In this document: piece after piece, positions 26,129 to 38,430 of the stretch
Position numbering within the stretch: position 1 is the first letter of the stretch
Layout of the letters: every line of letters starts with the position of its first letter
Assembly (NCBI GenBank): GCA_951406725.2
Contig: OX597814.1
Span: 128,030,001 to 128,094,000, forward strand
Direction of reading: 5' to 3'
Origin: Octopus vulgaris
Lineage: Eukaryota
Length of the DNA: 64,000 nt
Position numbers and translations under genes: made by a program
Notes under the pieces: generated by a model
Told to the model about the DNA's origin: nothing
Seen by the model: only the letters and a program-made list of their open reading frames with translations
Database searches by the model: none

Positions 26129-26293
26129 CACCTTGCTCTCCTGGCAGTTATAACAACAAAACAGGTTTGGAACCTTGTACACTGTGTCCGAAATTTACTT
26201 ACCAACCAAACAGTAAATCCAAAAAATGCTTCCTATGTCCCTCGAATAGCAAGAGTCAAGAACGGGGAGCAAAATCCATCCATCAATGTTTAT
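26129..26293 (+). CDS. SVEP1: SVEP1-like exon: ephrin-receptor-like repeat 3
   Basis: aatcag|CA ... T|gtaagt; TPCSPGSYNNKTGLEPCTLCPKFTYQPNSKSKKCFLCPSNSKSQERGAKSIHQCL. Confidence 0.92.
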
Positions 26294-27498
26294 GTAAGTA
26301 ACTTTACTTTCCCTCTTCAACCCTTTTGTTATCACCTTTCTGTAGAAATAGATCGCCTTTACTCTCTCTTTTATTCTTTTACTTGTTTCAGTCATTTGAC
26401 TGTGGTCATGCTGGAGCACCGCCTTTAGTCGAGCAAATCAACGCCAGGACTTATTCTTGCTGGTAGCACGTAAAAGCACCCACTGCACTCTTGGAGTGGT
26501 TGGCGTTAGGAAGGGCATCCAGCTGTAGAAACTCTGCAAGATCAGATTGGAGTCTGGTTCACCAGCCCTCAGTCAAATCGTCCAACCCATGCTAGCATGG
26601 AAAGCGGACGTTAAATGATGATGTATTATAGAAATGTAAATAATGCCTTTCGAAATGTAATTAAAGTAAATTTAACACTTTTATACTGGGGTGAACTGAG
26701 AGAACTAAGGGCCTTTAGGCATAACTGTTTACCAGGCCCCTTTGAACGTGTGCTTTAGTAGAGTAAATATATAGAGTGTGGGTGCCTTAGAGCTCCTGGC
26801 CCTTGGGCAGTGCCTGATTGACCGACAACTCAGTCCGCTCCTGCTTTTATAACTAAAATGGCTTTTCCACAATGTAATTGCTTATATTTTATTTCTATCA
26901 GAGTGAAGACACATGGCTTAGTAGTCATAGTATTTGGCTGACTATCATAAGGTTGTTAGTTCAATACCTGGTGGTGTATTGTTGTGTCCTTGAGCAAGAC
27001 ACTTTATTTCATGTTGCTGCAATCCACTCAGCTGGCAAAAAACGAGTTGCGCCTGTAATTCAAAGGGCCAGCCTTCTCACATTCTGTGTCATGCTGAATC
27101 GCCCTGAGAACTACGTTAAGGGTATTTGGAGTACTCAGCCACTTGCAAGTTAATTTCATGACCAGGTTATTCTGTTGATCTGGTCAACTGGAATCTTTGT
27201 TATTGTAACCAACTGCATACCAGTTATTTCTATCAGAAAATCTTAAAAAAATGGACTTTAGTTATCCTAGTTTTGCTTCATTAAAAATATGTTATTGTGT
27301 ATCTTATGTAATATCTTTATGTATTTGCCATTCCAAAACACAGAAAGAGTGTTAACTTTTCTTAAACATTTATCTTATGGTACCAGTAAAATAAACAACC
27401 TCTGTGTGTTTTTGAGTGATTAACATATGTCTTTCATACTGTAATCATTTTAGTTTCAATACACAGCCACAGATGTAATCATTTGCCTGGTAAGTATA

Positions 27499-28391
27499 CA
27501 GTGATCCCTCACTACTTCGCGGTTCAACTATCGTGGATTCACCACTTCGCGGATGCCAGTGCCACCTTTACTGGCTTCCGTGCCGGTGGCATGTAAAAAG
27601 CACCATCCATTCATGGCTGTTGCCAGCCTACCCTGGCACCTGTGCCAGTGGCATGTAAAAAGCACCATCCGTACATGGCTGTTGCCAGCGCCGCCTTGAC
27701 TGGCTTCCGTGCCAGTGGCACGTAAAAATCACCAACCGATCCTGGTCGTTGCCAGCCTCCCCTGGCACCTGTGCTGGTGGCACGTAAAAAGCACCCACTA
27801 CACTCACGGAGTGGTTGGCGTTAGGAAGGGTATCCAGCTGTAGAAACACTGCCAGATCAGACTGGAGCCTGGTGCAGCCTCCTGGCTTTCCAGACCCCGG
27901 TCAAACCGCCCAACCCATGCTAACATTGAAAACGGACATTAAACGATGATGATGATGGTGATATATATAAACGCCTAAAATTTGTCATCAAATCCATTAA
28001 GTTATTAATAATAAATATTATTTCCTAGTCTAGGAACAACAAAACAAGCGTTAAGTAACAAAAAAAGCATATACAGGGATATTTGAACTTAAGATGGGCT
28101 GTGATTGGTGCAATGGAGAGAGACGACGAATCACAGCTTTGTATTTTGTAATCTGGCTTGTGTAACAGTAACAATCTTTATTTTTTTAAATCTAAAGTGT
28201 TATTGCTTAACAGTTGTCCTCGTTATTAATTGACTACTGTAATGGGTGGGTTGTTAACAGTACAGGGAGGGTTTTAAAAGTCCAAATACACATTAAATAA
28301 ATACTGTAAATATGGTGTCCCTACTTTGCAGAAATTCAGTTATCGCGGCCGGTCTCGGAACCAATCTACAGCGATAAACAAGGGATCACTA
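27499..28391. mobile_element. pogo/Tigger-type MITE with nested family C repeat
   Basis: TA-CAGTGATCCCTC ... AAGGGATCACTA-TA; related fragment at 46900-47243. Confidence 0.75.
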
Positions 28392-28446
28392 TACCTCTGA
28401 AATATCTTTATGCATATCCTTGCTTCAATTTTTTTGTACTCTACAG

Positions 28447-28671
28447 ATAAAGACCACTGTAAAAAACCAGGAACAAACTTATCTGTATGTGAGAACAATG
28501 GTATTTGTCACAATAACTATGGTAATTTCACCTGTGAATGCTTGGATGGATATGAAGGCAAACTTTGTGAAAAAAATATTGATGAATGTTTGAAGGGCAA
28601 ATGTTATAATGGAGGAACCTGCTATGATGGAATCTTCAAATTTTCTTGTAAATGTCGTTCAGGATACACAG
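28447..28671 (+). CDS. SVEP1: SVEP1-like exon: EGF 1-2
   Basis: ctacag|AT ... G|gtatgt; CENNGICHNNYGNFTCECLDGYEGKLCEKNIDECLKGKCYNGGTC...GYTG. Confidence 0.93.
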
Positions 28672-28772
28672 GTATGTAAATTGAGTTTTAACCCTTTTAT
28701 TATAGCATTTATTTGGAGATGCTCTGTGTTTCTTTCAATTAATTTTTAAAATAACAAAGAATTTAGTAAAAT

Positions 28773-29366
28773 GTGTTTCTTTATTAGCCACACAAGGCTA
28801 AATACAGATGGGACAAATTACAAAGTAGAGCTTTTCTTTTTGGGGAGAAAAAAAAAGTGGGGTAGGTTTTTGATCAAAAGGGATTGTAAAAAAAAACATC
28901 AATATGGATCATGTAGCACAGAAATGTTGTGATGTCATGTGTAAAGGGGGAAGCAGATAAGGTTTATCCGTGGAAAGAAAAGCCTACGGAAAAGACCACA
29001 GTAACCTCGGTCATTAATGTCACATGTTAACAGATTTATTTGCAAGTAAGTAACTCTCTGTTTGAAATTTTTCCGGGTTCATAGGATTATGCTCAAGGTG
29101 ACTTTGTCATTCATGTGTGCCATCCTTGCTACATTCACCCATCTTTTTTTTAAACATTCGCTAGACAAAACTTACCTCTCTACTCTCACTTTCCTTTTCA
29201 AGTGATACTTGAAGAAGTTGATGAGAGATTGACCAGAGAGGGAAGTGTTTGTCTCTAATCCTTTCAGACGCATCCACCAGATACATTCTTTTGCTATAGT
29301 CACAAGTATGATGAAAATAGCTCTTCCTTCCCATTTGAAGGAAGGAGGCATGACGATATTGACGAT
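28773..29366 (-). mobile_element. 5'-truncated L1/Tx1-clade LINE inserted in a piggyBac MITE
   Basis: Minus strand reads ILVTIAKECIWWMRLKG...FFKYHL...CLKKRWVN...L*. About 17-bp duplication aaagaa(t/c)ttagtaaaat at 28756 and 29375. Confidence 0.72.
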
Positions 29367-30632
29367 AATTTAGTAAAGAACTTAGTAAAATAACTTAGGT
29401 ATTATCAAGCTAGTGTTAGGAACATAAATTGTGACTAAAGTTTGGTGGAAGATTTTAATTCAAAACTTATGAAAGCAAGACATTTGTACTACAAAGCTAG
29501 AGGTGGTTTCAGCCGGGTTGGTTTCATTTATTTTTAATGCCTGCAGGGAGCATAGAACCAATGAGAGAGAGAGAGCAAAGTCTCTCTCTCAAACTACACA
29601 CTGACACACCATCCAACTCATGGTGATATACATATGTGTGTATGTATGCATATGTTTGTGTAAGTATGTATGTATGTCTTTATGTTTGTATTGTCACTGG
29701 ATGGCAAAAATCACTTCATCAAGTGAAAATGCCTTGTGGTGTTTCAAACTATCGCAGTTGCCTCCCTTCACACTTAGTCAACGTTACATTTTATCTTCCT
29801 TTGACATTGATAAAATAGGTAGTACTATTCAAAGTATTGGGAGAATGGTCAATCAATATCTCTTCCTCTTTTGCCCTTTTCAAGCCTAGCCAGGCTCATG
29901 GGCCCGGTTTCCCAGTCTCTGTGAGGTATGTCGTTCCCCCCCCCCCCGGCTGGACGGGACACCAGTCCATCACAGTGTTACTCAAGAAACAGTGAGAGAA
30001 CGTTATGGTGAAAGTGTACAACAGGGATTGCCACCACCCCCTGTTGGAGCCGCGTGGAACTTTAGGTGTTTTCACTCAATAAACACACACGACGCCTGGT
30101 CTGGGAATCGAAACCGCAATCCTCCAACCATGAGTCTGCTGCCCTAACCACTGGGCCATTGCGCCTCCATGGTCAATCAATATGATCAATTAAAGACAAA
30201 AAAAAAATCCTTTGAAGACAGTGCCTTAGCATAGCCACAATCCAATGAATAGAACCAGTAAAAGAATGGAAGAATAAAGTTAACAGCTTGGCTGATTAAC
30301 TTGATCCATCACTCAGCTTAATAACATCAACTGGGCCGTGGATGACTTTAGAGTTGATTCTGCTGCAAACATCCAGGTCAGGTCTACAATAATCTTCTTC
30401 CTTGCTCCAACCCAATATTCACATCACCGTTTAACATTCACTTTTCCATGCTTGTGTGGATTACATCAAATTTGTTGAGACAGATTTTCGACAGCTAGAT
30501 ACCCTGGATACCCTTCCTGTCACCAACCCTTACCTCTTTCCAAGCAAGGTAATGTTTTCTCATGGCCAGACATGTTTTTCACAGAAGACTGGAAAAAACC
30601 CCTACTCTGTCTGTATGATGGTGATGCTCTGT

Positions 30633-30665
<33 letters not shown>

Positions 30666-30757
30666 TGTATCTATATCTATCTTTCTGTCTATGTATCTAT
30701 CTTATCTATCTACCTATCTATCTACCTACCTACCTACCTATCTATCTATCTACCTAC

Positions 30758-30799
<42 letters not shown>

Positions 30800-30820
30800 A
30801 TCTACATACTCACACACACA

Positions 30821-30876
<56 letters not shown>

Positions 30877-31901
30877 CACAAACAAATGAGAGGTACATTA
30901 TTTACATTATTTACATTTGATGGATATTTGTTCTTATCTTGTTTGTTGTTAACACATCATTTCAGCTGATATGTATTTTTATGTATATATATGGCTTCTT
31001 TTTGTTTCCATTTACCAAATCCACTCACAAAGCTTCACTTGGCTCAGGGCCAAGTAGAAAGAAGAAAACATTTGCCCCAGGTGCCATGCAATAGTGTTGA
31101 ACCCAATACCGCATAGTTGGGAAGCAAGCTTCTTAACCACACAACCATGCTTCTGTTTAAAAAGTGAAGCTTACCACACCTAGGTTTCCCAAGTGGTAAC
31201 TCGTCTAAGTAAAATAACTTAGTAATTATTAAGCTAGTGTTAAGAACATAAATTGTGACTAAGGTTTGGTGGAAGATCTTAATTCAAAACTTATGATTCT
31301 ATGTAATATAACCATAGACATTGCCCTGAAAAGGCTTTTGGTAATATCCTTTCTATTCTAACAACAATAATTGGGATTGATTAAGTAGGAATTTCAACCG
31401 TGTTTTGTGGTCTGCTACCACAACAGCTCCTTTATAGGATCCAGTTAGCTCAAGACATCATCAGGAGGAACCACATCCTGTTTTGGCCCCTACTCCTTTA
31501 CAGTTTTGACGTGGCAGGGTCCCCCTTTCGGAGGTATCTTCAGCTCTGGTGTTGGGTGCATATCTTCTTTCTTCTGTTCCCTGGCCTCTTCGATGTAGTA
31601 CCAACGAGTATCAGTGGGCAACTGACTGACTTGCCAAATTTTTTCCCTTTAAATACCTGCTGCTAGGCTCCAGCAGGCAGCCCCAGCAAGTTGTCATATG
31701 ACACTGTCTCAACTGTAACTGACCAATGAAGGCGCGTAGTCTTAGCTCACGCATTCTCTAAACGACCGTCACCTGTCAATCAGCGAAGCTAATTCAGTGT
31801 CAGCTTGTCTCACCTAGTGATGTTATTTTCCGCAGGCATGTTATGACATTCAAGCCATTTTTTAAATCTAATTTCATTCTTGTTTGTTTCCCTTTTATCA
31901 G

Positions 31902-32129
31902 GTCCTCAGTGTGAAGAGGAGATCAATGAGTGTGAGTCTTCTCCTTGTAAAAATAATGGATCATGTGAAGATCAATTGAATGGTTTCAAGTGTTATTGTC
32001 CACAACAGTTCAGTGGTAAATATTGTGAGAATGAATTTAGTTATTGTCATTCTTCTCCTTGTTCCCATCATGGTGTCTGTGAACATCTGGGGCACACTTT
32101 CCGTTGTCACTGTGATCCTGGATTTGCTG
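31902..32129 (+). CDS. SVEP1: SVEP1-like exon: EGF 3-4
   Basis: ttatcag|GT ... G|gtgag; GPQCEEEINECESSPCKNNGSC...CHSSPCSHHGVC...CDPGFAG. Confidence 0.93.
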
Positions 32130-32242
32130 GTGAGTATATCATTTGCCTTATAATACCTGATTAATAGCACCTTTATGCTATATTAAATGTATATCTAATT
32201 ATATCTATCTAGCTTTCTTTATGCATATACGTGTGTATATAC

Positions 32243-32298
<56 letters not shown>

Positions 32299-33790
32299 TG
32301 TTTTTATATAAAACAATTGTGAATTGTGTGATATTTGAATACTTAAATAAGTTAGTCAAGAGAGTAGAAGTTTCCATTATGTCAACAGTTCTTTCAATTT
32401 GGTAAAATTAACATGCTTGGTACCTAGCCTGTACAAATCAATGAACACAGGAATGCAATAAAGAGAAGGTCTACTCAAAGTGCTTGCAACAAAATATACT
32501 TCCCTAGAGGGTTAAAAACAAGGAGAGAAATAGAGGTAGTATGATTCATCATCATCATTGCTCCTAATAAGTAGTTAAGTATGGATCCGTTCATTCTGAT
32601 GAAAGTATAATTTTCCAGTGTTTCAATAGCTATTTATCGAAGTGCTGACATTTAGTGAAGATCTCTGATCTGTCATTTAGATAGTCTGTGGATTTAGTAA
32701 GGCTATTGAATATGAAATGTATTGCAGTTTCAGTATGAGGTTGTTTAACACTTTAGCATTTGTGGTTGTCCTTACATACAGACTTGTCCCCTGCATCTCT
32801 CTCCAACTAAGCATTCCTAATCTTGCAGGCTCATAGGTGCTGGTGCCATGTAAAAAGCACCCATGCCGGTACTGTGTAAAAGCATGCAGTACACTCTGTA
32901 AAGTAGTTGATTTTAGGAAAGGCATCCACCAATAGAAACCATGTCAAAATGGACATGAAAACTTGGTAGCTTGTCAAACTGTCCAACCCACGCCAGCATG
33001 GAAAATAGACATTAATGATGATGAGGAGGAGGATAATGATGATGATAATCAATTTGTAAAATGTAAGATTTATTTATTCACATTCTTTTGAATTGATCAT
33101 GTATCATATTGTAGCTTTGAGATTTTGATGATGTGATTGTATATTTTTAGACTGACATTGTAGGGTAGGTGTGGGAGGCCAGTTCTGGTCAGTTTGAGCA
33201 TAAAATAGGTAGAATATTTTGGTCAGATTTGGCTGGTTTAAATGCTAAAGTGTTAACAATGTGGAAATAAACGACCTCATTGGTTTTTGTTCGTAGAGTC
33301 ATTAGAGCATCAGACAAAATGCCTTGTGTTATTTATTCTAATTTCTTATATCCTGAATTAAAATCCCACTATAACCTACTTGCTTTGTAGAATTAATTCA
33401 TCACTCAGTTTAACATTACCTGTTGGTCCTTAGGGTACCTTGGTCCTTAGGTACCTTACCTACCCTATTGCAAGCATTCAAGCCAGCACTATAGTTTGAA
33501 ACCCCTAATCCCTCTTTTGGAGGCCTTGTCAAAGTTCATAAGCACTGCCTTCCTTCTTGACATAGTGATAAAAAATATCCCAAAACTAAATAATGGTATA
33601 AAAAGAAAAAAAGTAATAATAATAATAATAATGATAATCCTATCTTCTGTGGACACAAGGTCTGAAATTTGGGGGAAGGGATCAAGTCAATTACATCAAC
33701 CCTGGTGCATAATTGGCACTTATTTAATCACCCCCAAAAGGATGGAAGGCAAAGTTAAGCTTGGCAGAATTATCATTATTATTATTATTA

Positions 33791-33857
<67 letters not shown>

Positions 33858-34661
33858 GCAAGAGAGCAGTAGATGCCATCAAAGTGACACTGGGGTAAAA
33901 TATACGAAGCCCAGTATACCCATCATGACTACCCATCTGATAAGAGTACACCAGACACATGCATCACATCCATATGTGCACGACATGGTGATCTCATATC
34001 AAGATAAAGAGCGCATGACCTTGCAGGTGGGGCCGAGTTAGAATTTTCTTCTGGTTGAGTAGCCCATCCTGCTCAAAAGGTCCCTGAATAAGGATTGTTT
34101 AAGGATGTTGAACAAACCACCCATGTTTCCAAAGGTGAATTAACCAAACCTCCAAAAATTCCTTTCAACACATGGCTAACTCGGCCCCACCTGCAAGGTC
34201 ATACGCTGTTTATCTTGATATGAGATCACCATGTCGCGCACATATGGATGTGATGCATGTGTCTGGTGTACCCTTATCAGATGGGTAGTCATGATGGTTA
34301 TACTGGGCTTCGTATTTTTTACCCCAGTGTCACTTTGATGGCATGTACTGCTCTCTTGCTCAATAATAATAATAATAATATTAATAATAATGATAATGAT
34401 AATGATAATGACAATGATACTAATAATAACAATAATAATAACAATAATAATAATAATAATCTTTTCTACTATAGGCATAAGGCCTGAAATTTGTGGGGAG
34501 GGGATTAGTCAATTACATCAACCCCAGCGTTTCACTGTTACTTAATTTATCGACCCCAAAAGGATGAAAAGCAAAGCTGAACTCAGAATGTAGCAGCAGA
34601 CAAAATACCACTAAGCATTTCGCCAAGTGTGCTAACAATTTGGCCATCTCACCACCTTGCC

Positions 34662-34729
<68 letters not shown>

Positions 34730-34743
34730 TAGTGATGATGATA

Positions 34744-34849
<106 letters not shown>

Positions 34850-34898
34850 AACGGAAATGAAGATTTTGATGGATTGTTCTTTATATATCTATTTTTAG

Positions 34899-35012
34899 GC
34901 AGACATTGTAATCTGACAATTGACCAATGTAGATCTCATCATTGTTTGAATGGTGGTACCTGCAAGAATTCATTAAACTTTCCAGTCTGCAACTGTTTGC
35001 CTGGTTTCACTG
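34899..35012 (+). CDS. SVEP1: SVEP1-like exon: EGF 5
   Basis: ttttag|GC ... G|gtagga; 114-nt EGF exon, GRHCNLTIDQCRSHHCLNGGTC...CNCLPGFTG. Confidence 0.92.
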
Positions 35013-35060
35013 GTAGGATAACATTTTATCATTTAAATGAGAAGATATTAAGCTTCAGAC

Positions 35061-35120
<60 letters not shown>

Positions 35121-35517
35121 CACTCATTCACAATTTCTTGCACTCTCTCTTTTTCTCCTCTCTCTTCTCTTTCACCTGAGTCTTTCTCTTCTTTTTTCCT
35201 TTCCCTTTTTCTCCCATCTCTCTGTCTAACTCTTACAAAATCTATTATACTCTCTCTCTCTCATGCACATATATGAACAAACAACCACACACACACACAC
35301 ATGCATGTGCACTTGCACACATATGTAAATACTCATACACATACACATACACATTTATTTCCAAAGCAAGGTATTGCCTCATACACATAAATCTACATGG
35401 AAGTATACATATATTCTCACATGTACATATACATTATATATATATAAGAATTTTTTGTGTAGTGAGATAAAAAAAAACCAAGGCTGTGTAGATATTAGAA
35501 CATTTATAGATAGAAGG

Positions 35518-35567
35518 TCTTACAGCTGTTTCCAGGATATTTATTAATTATATCCCTTCATCGGAGA
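35518..35567 (-). ncRNA. Minimal HHR-like motif (U4C core variant)
   Basis: UCU-CCGAUGA-AGGGAUAU(loop)AUAUCCUG-GAAA-CAGCUG-UA-AGA. Confidence 0.6.
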
Positions 35568-35801
35568 TGGTGTGAGGGGATGGCTAAGTAATAATTAATT
35601 TAGATAGGATGCAAAATAGAGAGTGAGGTGGAGGAAAGAAAATAGATGTGAGATATCCCTACATATCACACATCTATTTGTGAGATGAAAGGATGAAAAG
35701 CAAAGTTGACCTCAGCAGAATTTGAACTCAGAACATAGTGATGGGCAAAATACTGCTAAGCATTTCACCTGGTGTGCTAACAATTCTGCCAGCTCACTAC
35801 C

Positions 35802-35852
<51 letters not shown>

Positions 35853-35856
<4 letters not shown>

Positions 35857-36121
35857 AAGCAGTTGTGGTCAATGAAAAAGGTAGCAATAGTACCAATAAT
35901 TGTTGGAGCCCTGGGAATAGTGAGCAAAAATCTCAAGAAGTACGTGGAACAAATAGGGGCTGCAATAAGGGTGGAGTACTTGCAGAAAACAGCACTGCTT
36001 GGAACCACTCAAATACTCCGGAAGGTGCTCGAAAAATAAGAAGTGTTACCATAGTTCACTGGTAGTGAACAGCTGACCCTGTAATACATCTCTAGCATTA
36101 GAAGCTGTGCAAAGGCAATTC
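35853..36121 (+). mobile_element. R4/Dong-like non-LTR 3' fragment in a (TAA)n tract
   Basis: QLWSMKKVAIVPIIVGALG...LQKTALLGTTQILRKVL; (TAA)n on both sides. Confidence 0.75.
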
Positions 36122-36371
36122 TAATAATAATAATGTTTGTCCATCATTGTCAATGATACCTAAGGACATCACATTTAAAAAGAAGATGCGTCGCAGTGCA
36201 TCTGGCTGTAGTCAATCAAGCTGATGCATGTTCAGAAGGTTCTGCTGCAGGTTGGGCACTGGCGAGGAATTGGTTATGGACTTGTGCAGCTCAGATTTTC
36301 TTTGTGCTCCTGTGATCGTGTTCTCTTTGTGGGAAGTGGCATATACGAACACACACACACACACGCACACA

Positions 36372-36446
<75 letters not shown>

Positions 36447-36532
36447 ATACACACATATAGAATATGGAAAGAGCGATCGAAAAAGTTTTATGAATAATGT
36501 TTGCAAAATGTAATTTTTGTCTTCTATTTCAG

Positions 36533-36664
36533 GACAAAATTGTGAAAACGAGATTGATGAATGTGAATATAACAGGTGTAAAAATGGTGGACAATGTATT
36601 GACCTCTTCAATGACTATCATTGTTCTTGTATTGATGGATACGCTGGCAAGAACTGTCAACAAG
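36533..36664 (+). CDS. SVEP1: SVEP1-like exon: EGF 6 (Ca-binding type)
   Basis: tttcag|GA ... G|gtgag; GQNCENEIDECEYNRCKNGGQCIDLFNDYHCSCIDGYAGKNCQQ. Confidence 0.93.
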
Positions 36665-36709
36665 GTGAGTTGTTTATGTATATATATAAATAAATAATAT
36701 ATAAATATA

Positions 36710-36757
<48 letters not shown>

Positions 36758-36848
36758 GAAATGAGGTAATCAGAAGATCGGATGGTTTATATTTACAGAT
36801 ATTTATGTATATATTACATTTTTTATATATATATCATATCACTTAGAT

Positions 36849-36887
36849 CATTAGCGCTTTCTCCCATTCTAGTGGGGTTTTCAAATC
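36849..36887 (-). ncRNA. Minimal HHR-like motif with U3-A8 core
   Basis: GAU-UUGAAAA-CCCCA(CUAGAA)UGGGA-GAAA-GCGC-UA-AUG; stem I weak. Confidence 0.5.
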
Positions 36888-36889
36888 AA

Positions 36890-36931
<42 letters not shown>

Positions 36932-37063
36932 TAAAAACAGTAAGATAACAAAAGAAAGAAAGAGACCTCGATATTATGTAAATAGAGGAATTTATCTGTA
37001 AATATAACATGTGACAATTATTCGGTAGCCAAGATAAAACTCTGAGTTTTGGATGCCAAGTTG

Positions 37064-37124
37064 GATAACTGAAGAGATAGTGGTGTGGATTTCCACCTCG
37101 GCATCCGAAACTCAGAATTTTATC
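37064..37124 (+). ncRNA. Minimal HHR in palindromic element 36925-37165
   Basis: GAUAA-CUGAAGA-stem II (GAU..GUGGA/UCCAC..AUC)-GAAA-CUCAGAA (GAG in the mirror arm)-UU-UUAUC. Confidence 0.65.
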
Positions 37125-37869
37125 TTAGCTACTGAATAATTGTCACACATTATATTTACAGATATATGTATATATATGTATATATAAATACACACACACA
37201 CATACACACACATATGCATATGTGTGTGTATGCTTGTGTGTGTATTTTCTGCAATAAATTGAGAAGCAGTGATGAGTGACAGTTCTGTAAATAATGATAA
37301 TATTTATTATAATGATAATATTTATATTGATAATATTTAAAGCTTATAAGCAATTACCATGTATTGACTAAAGAAAAGAGTCTCCGATAGAGATATAGGT
37401 TTGAGTCTCATGTGTACAGAAAACCCACTTTTTTCCATTGAGGGTTTATATACCCCAATACTAAACTATTTTCTTTTGTCAATACATGATCACTTATAAG
37501 CTATAAGCTTAAAAATATCATTGGCGCGTGAAAAACAACATTTGAGTGTGGTCGTTGCCAGTGCCGTTGGACTGGCTCCTGTGCAGGTGGCATGTAAAAA
37601 CCACCTTTTGAGTGTGGTCGTTGCCAGTACTGCCTGACTGGCCTCCATGCCAGTGGCATGTAAAAGCACCCACTACACTCTCGGAATGGTTGGCATTAGG
37701 AAGGGCATCCAGCTGTAGAAACTTTGCCAGATCAAATTGGAGCCTCGTGCAGCCTTCTGGCTCACCAGTCCTCAGTCAAACCATCCAACCCATGCCAGCA
37801 TGGAAAGCAGACGTTAAACGATGGCGACAATGATTATGATGATGATGATGATGATGATGATAACGATGA

Positions 37870-37905
<36 letters not shown>

Positions 37906-38312
37906 AAATTTCCAAGAAAGTTAGAGGTTGTGAACCCAACCAAGGGATAATATCTATCCAATATACTGCTGGTAAAATACCCAGTTATTAATACACAAGT
38001 ATTTTTATTGCATTGCAATTACATTACCTATTACATTACATTACCTAAATGGGTGAAGGTAAAGAGATATTTTACCACTAATTTATAGAGCAATAAGAAA
38101 ATGGAGGAGTTCCCAATTTATATTCATGTATGTTATATTGTAATAATTACTGGTATATTTATATATTAATATACTTTATATTTAAAGCATAATATGTTAT
38201 ACATGTATGTATATTCTTGTAATTGTCAGTTTAGTAAATAAATAAATAACCTGACGTAATATAATGTCTAAAAGTTGATGAACCACCTATTGATCCCCTC
38301 CATTTTCTTATT

Positions 38313-38421
<109 letters not shown>

Positions 38422-38430
38422 ACACATACA

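Noticed and set aside
27550-27800. Regularly spaced GTGGCACGTAAAAAGCACC repeats resembling a CRISPR array
   Set aside because: These are internal subrepeats of the family C retro-tail; the spacers are homologous to each other and the context is eukaryotic.
30886-30975. Possible 3' half of an HHR element (minus strand ATATCAGCT-GAAA-TGATGTG-TT)
   Set aside because: The CUGANGA half is absent, so it cannot be supported from this window.
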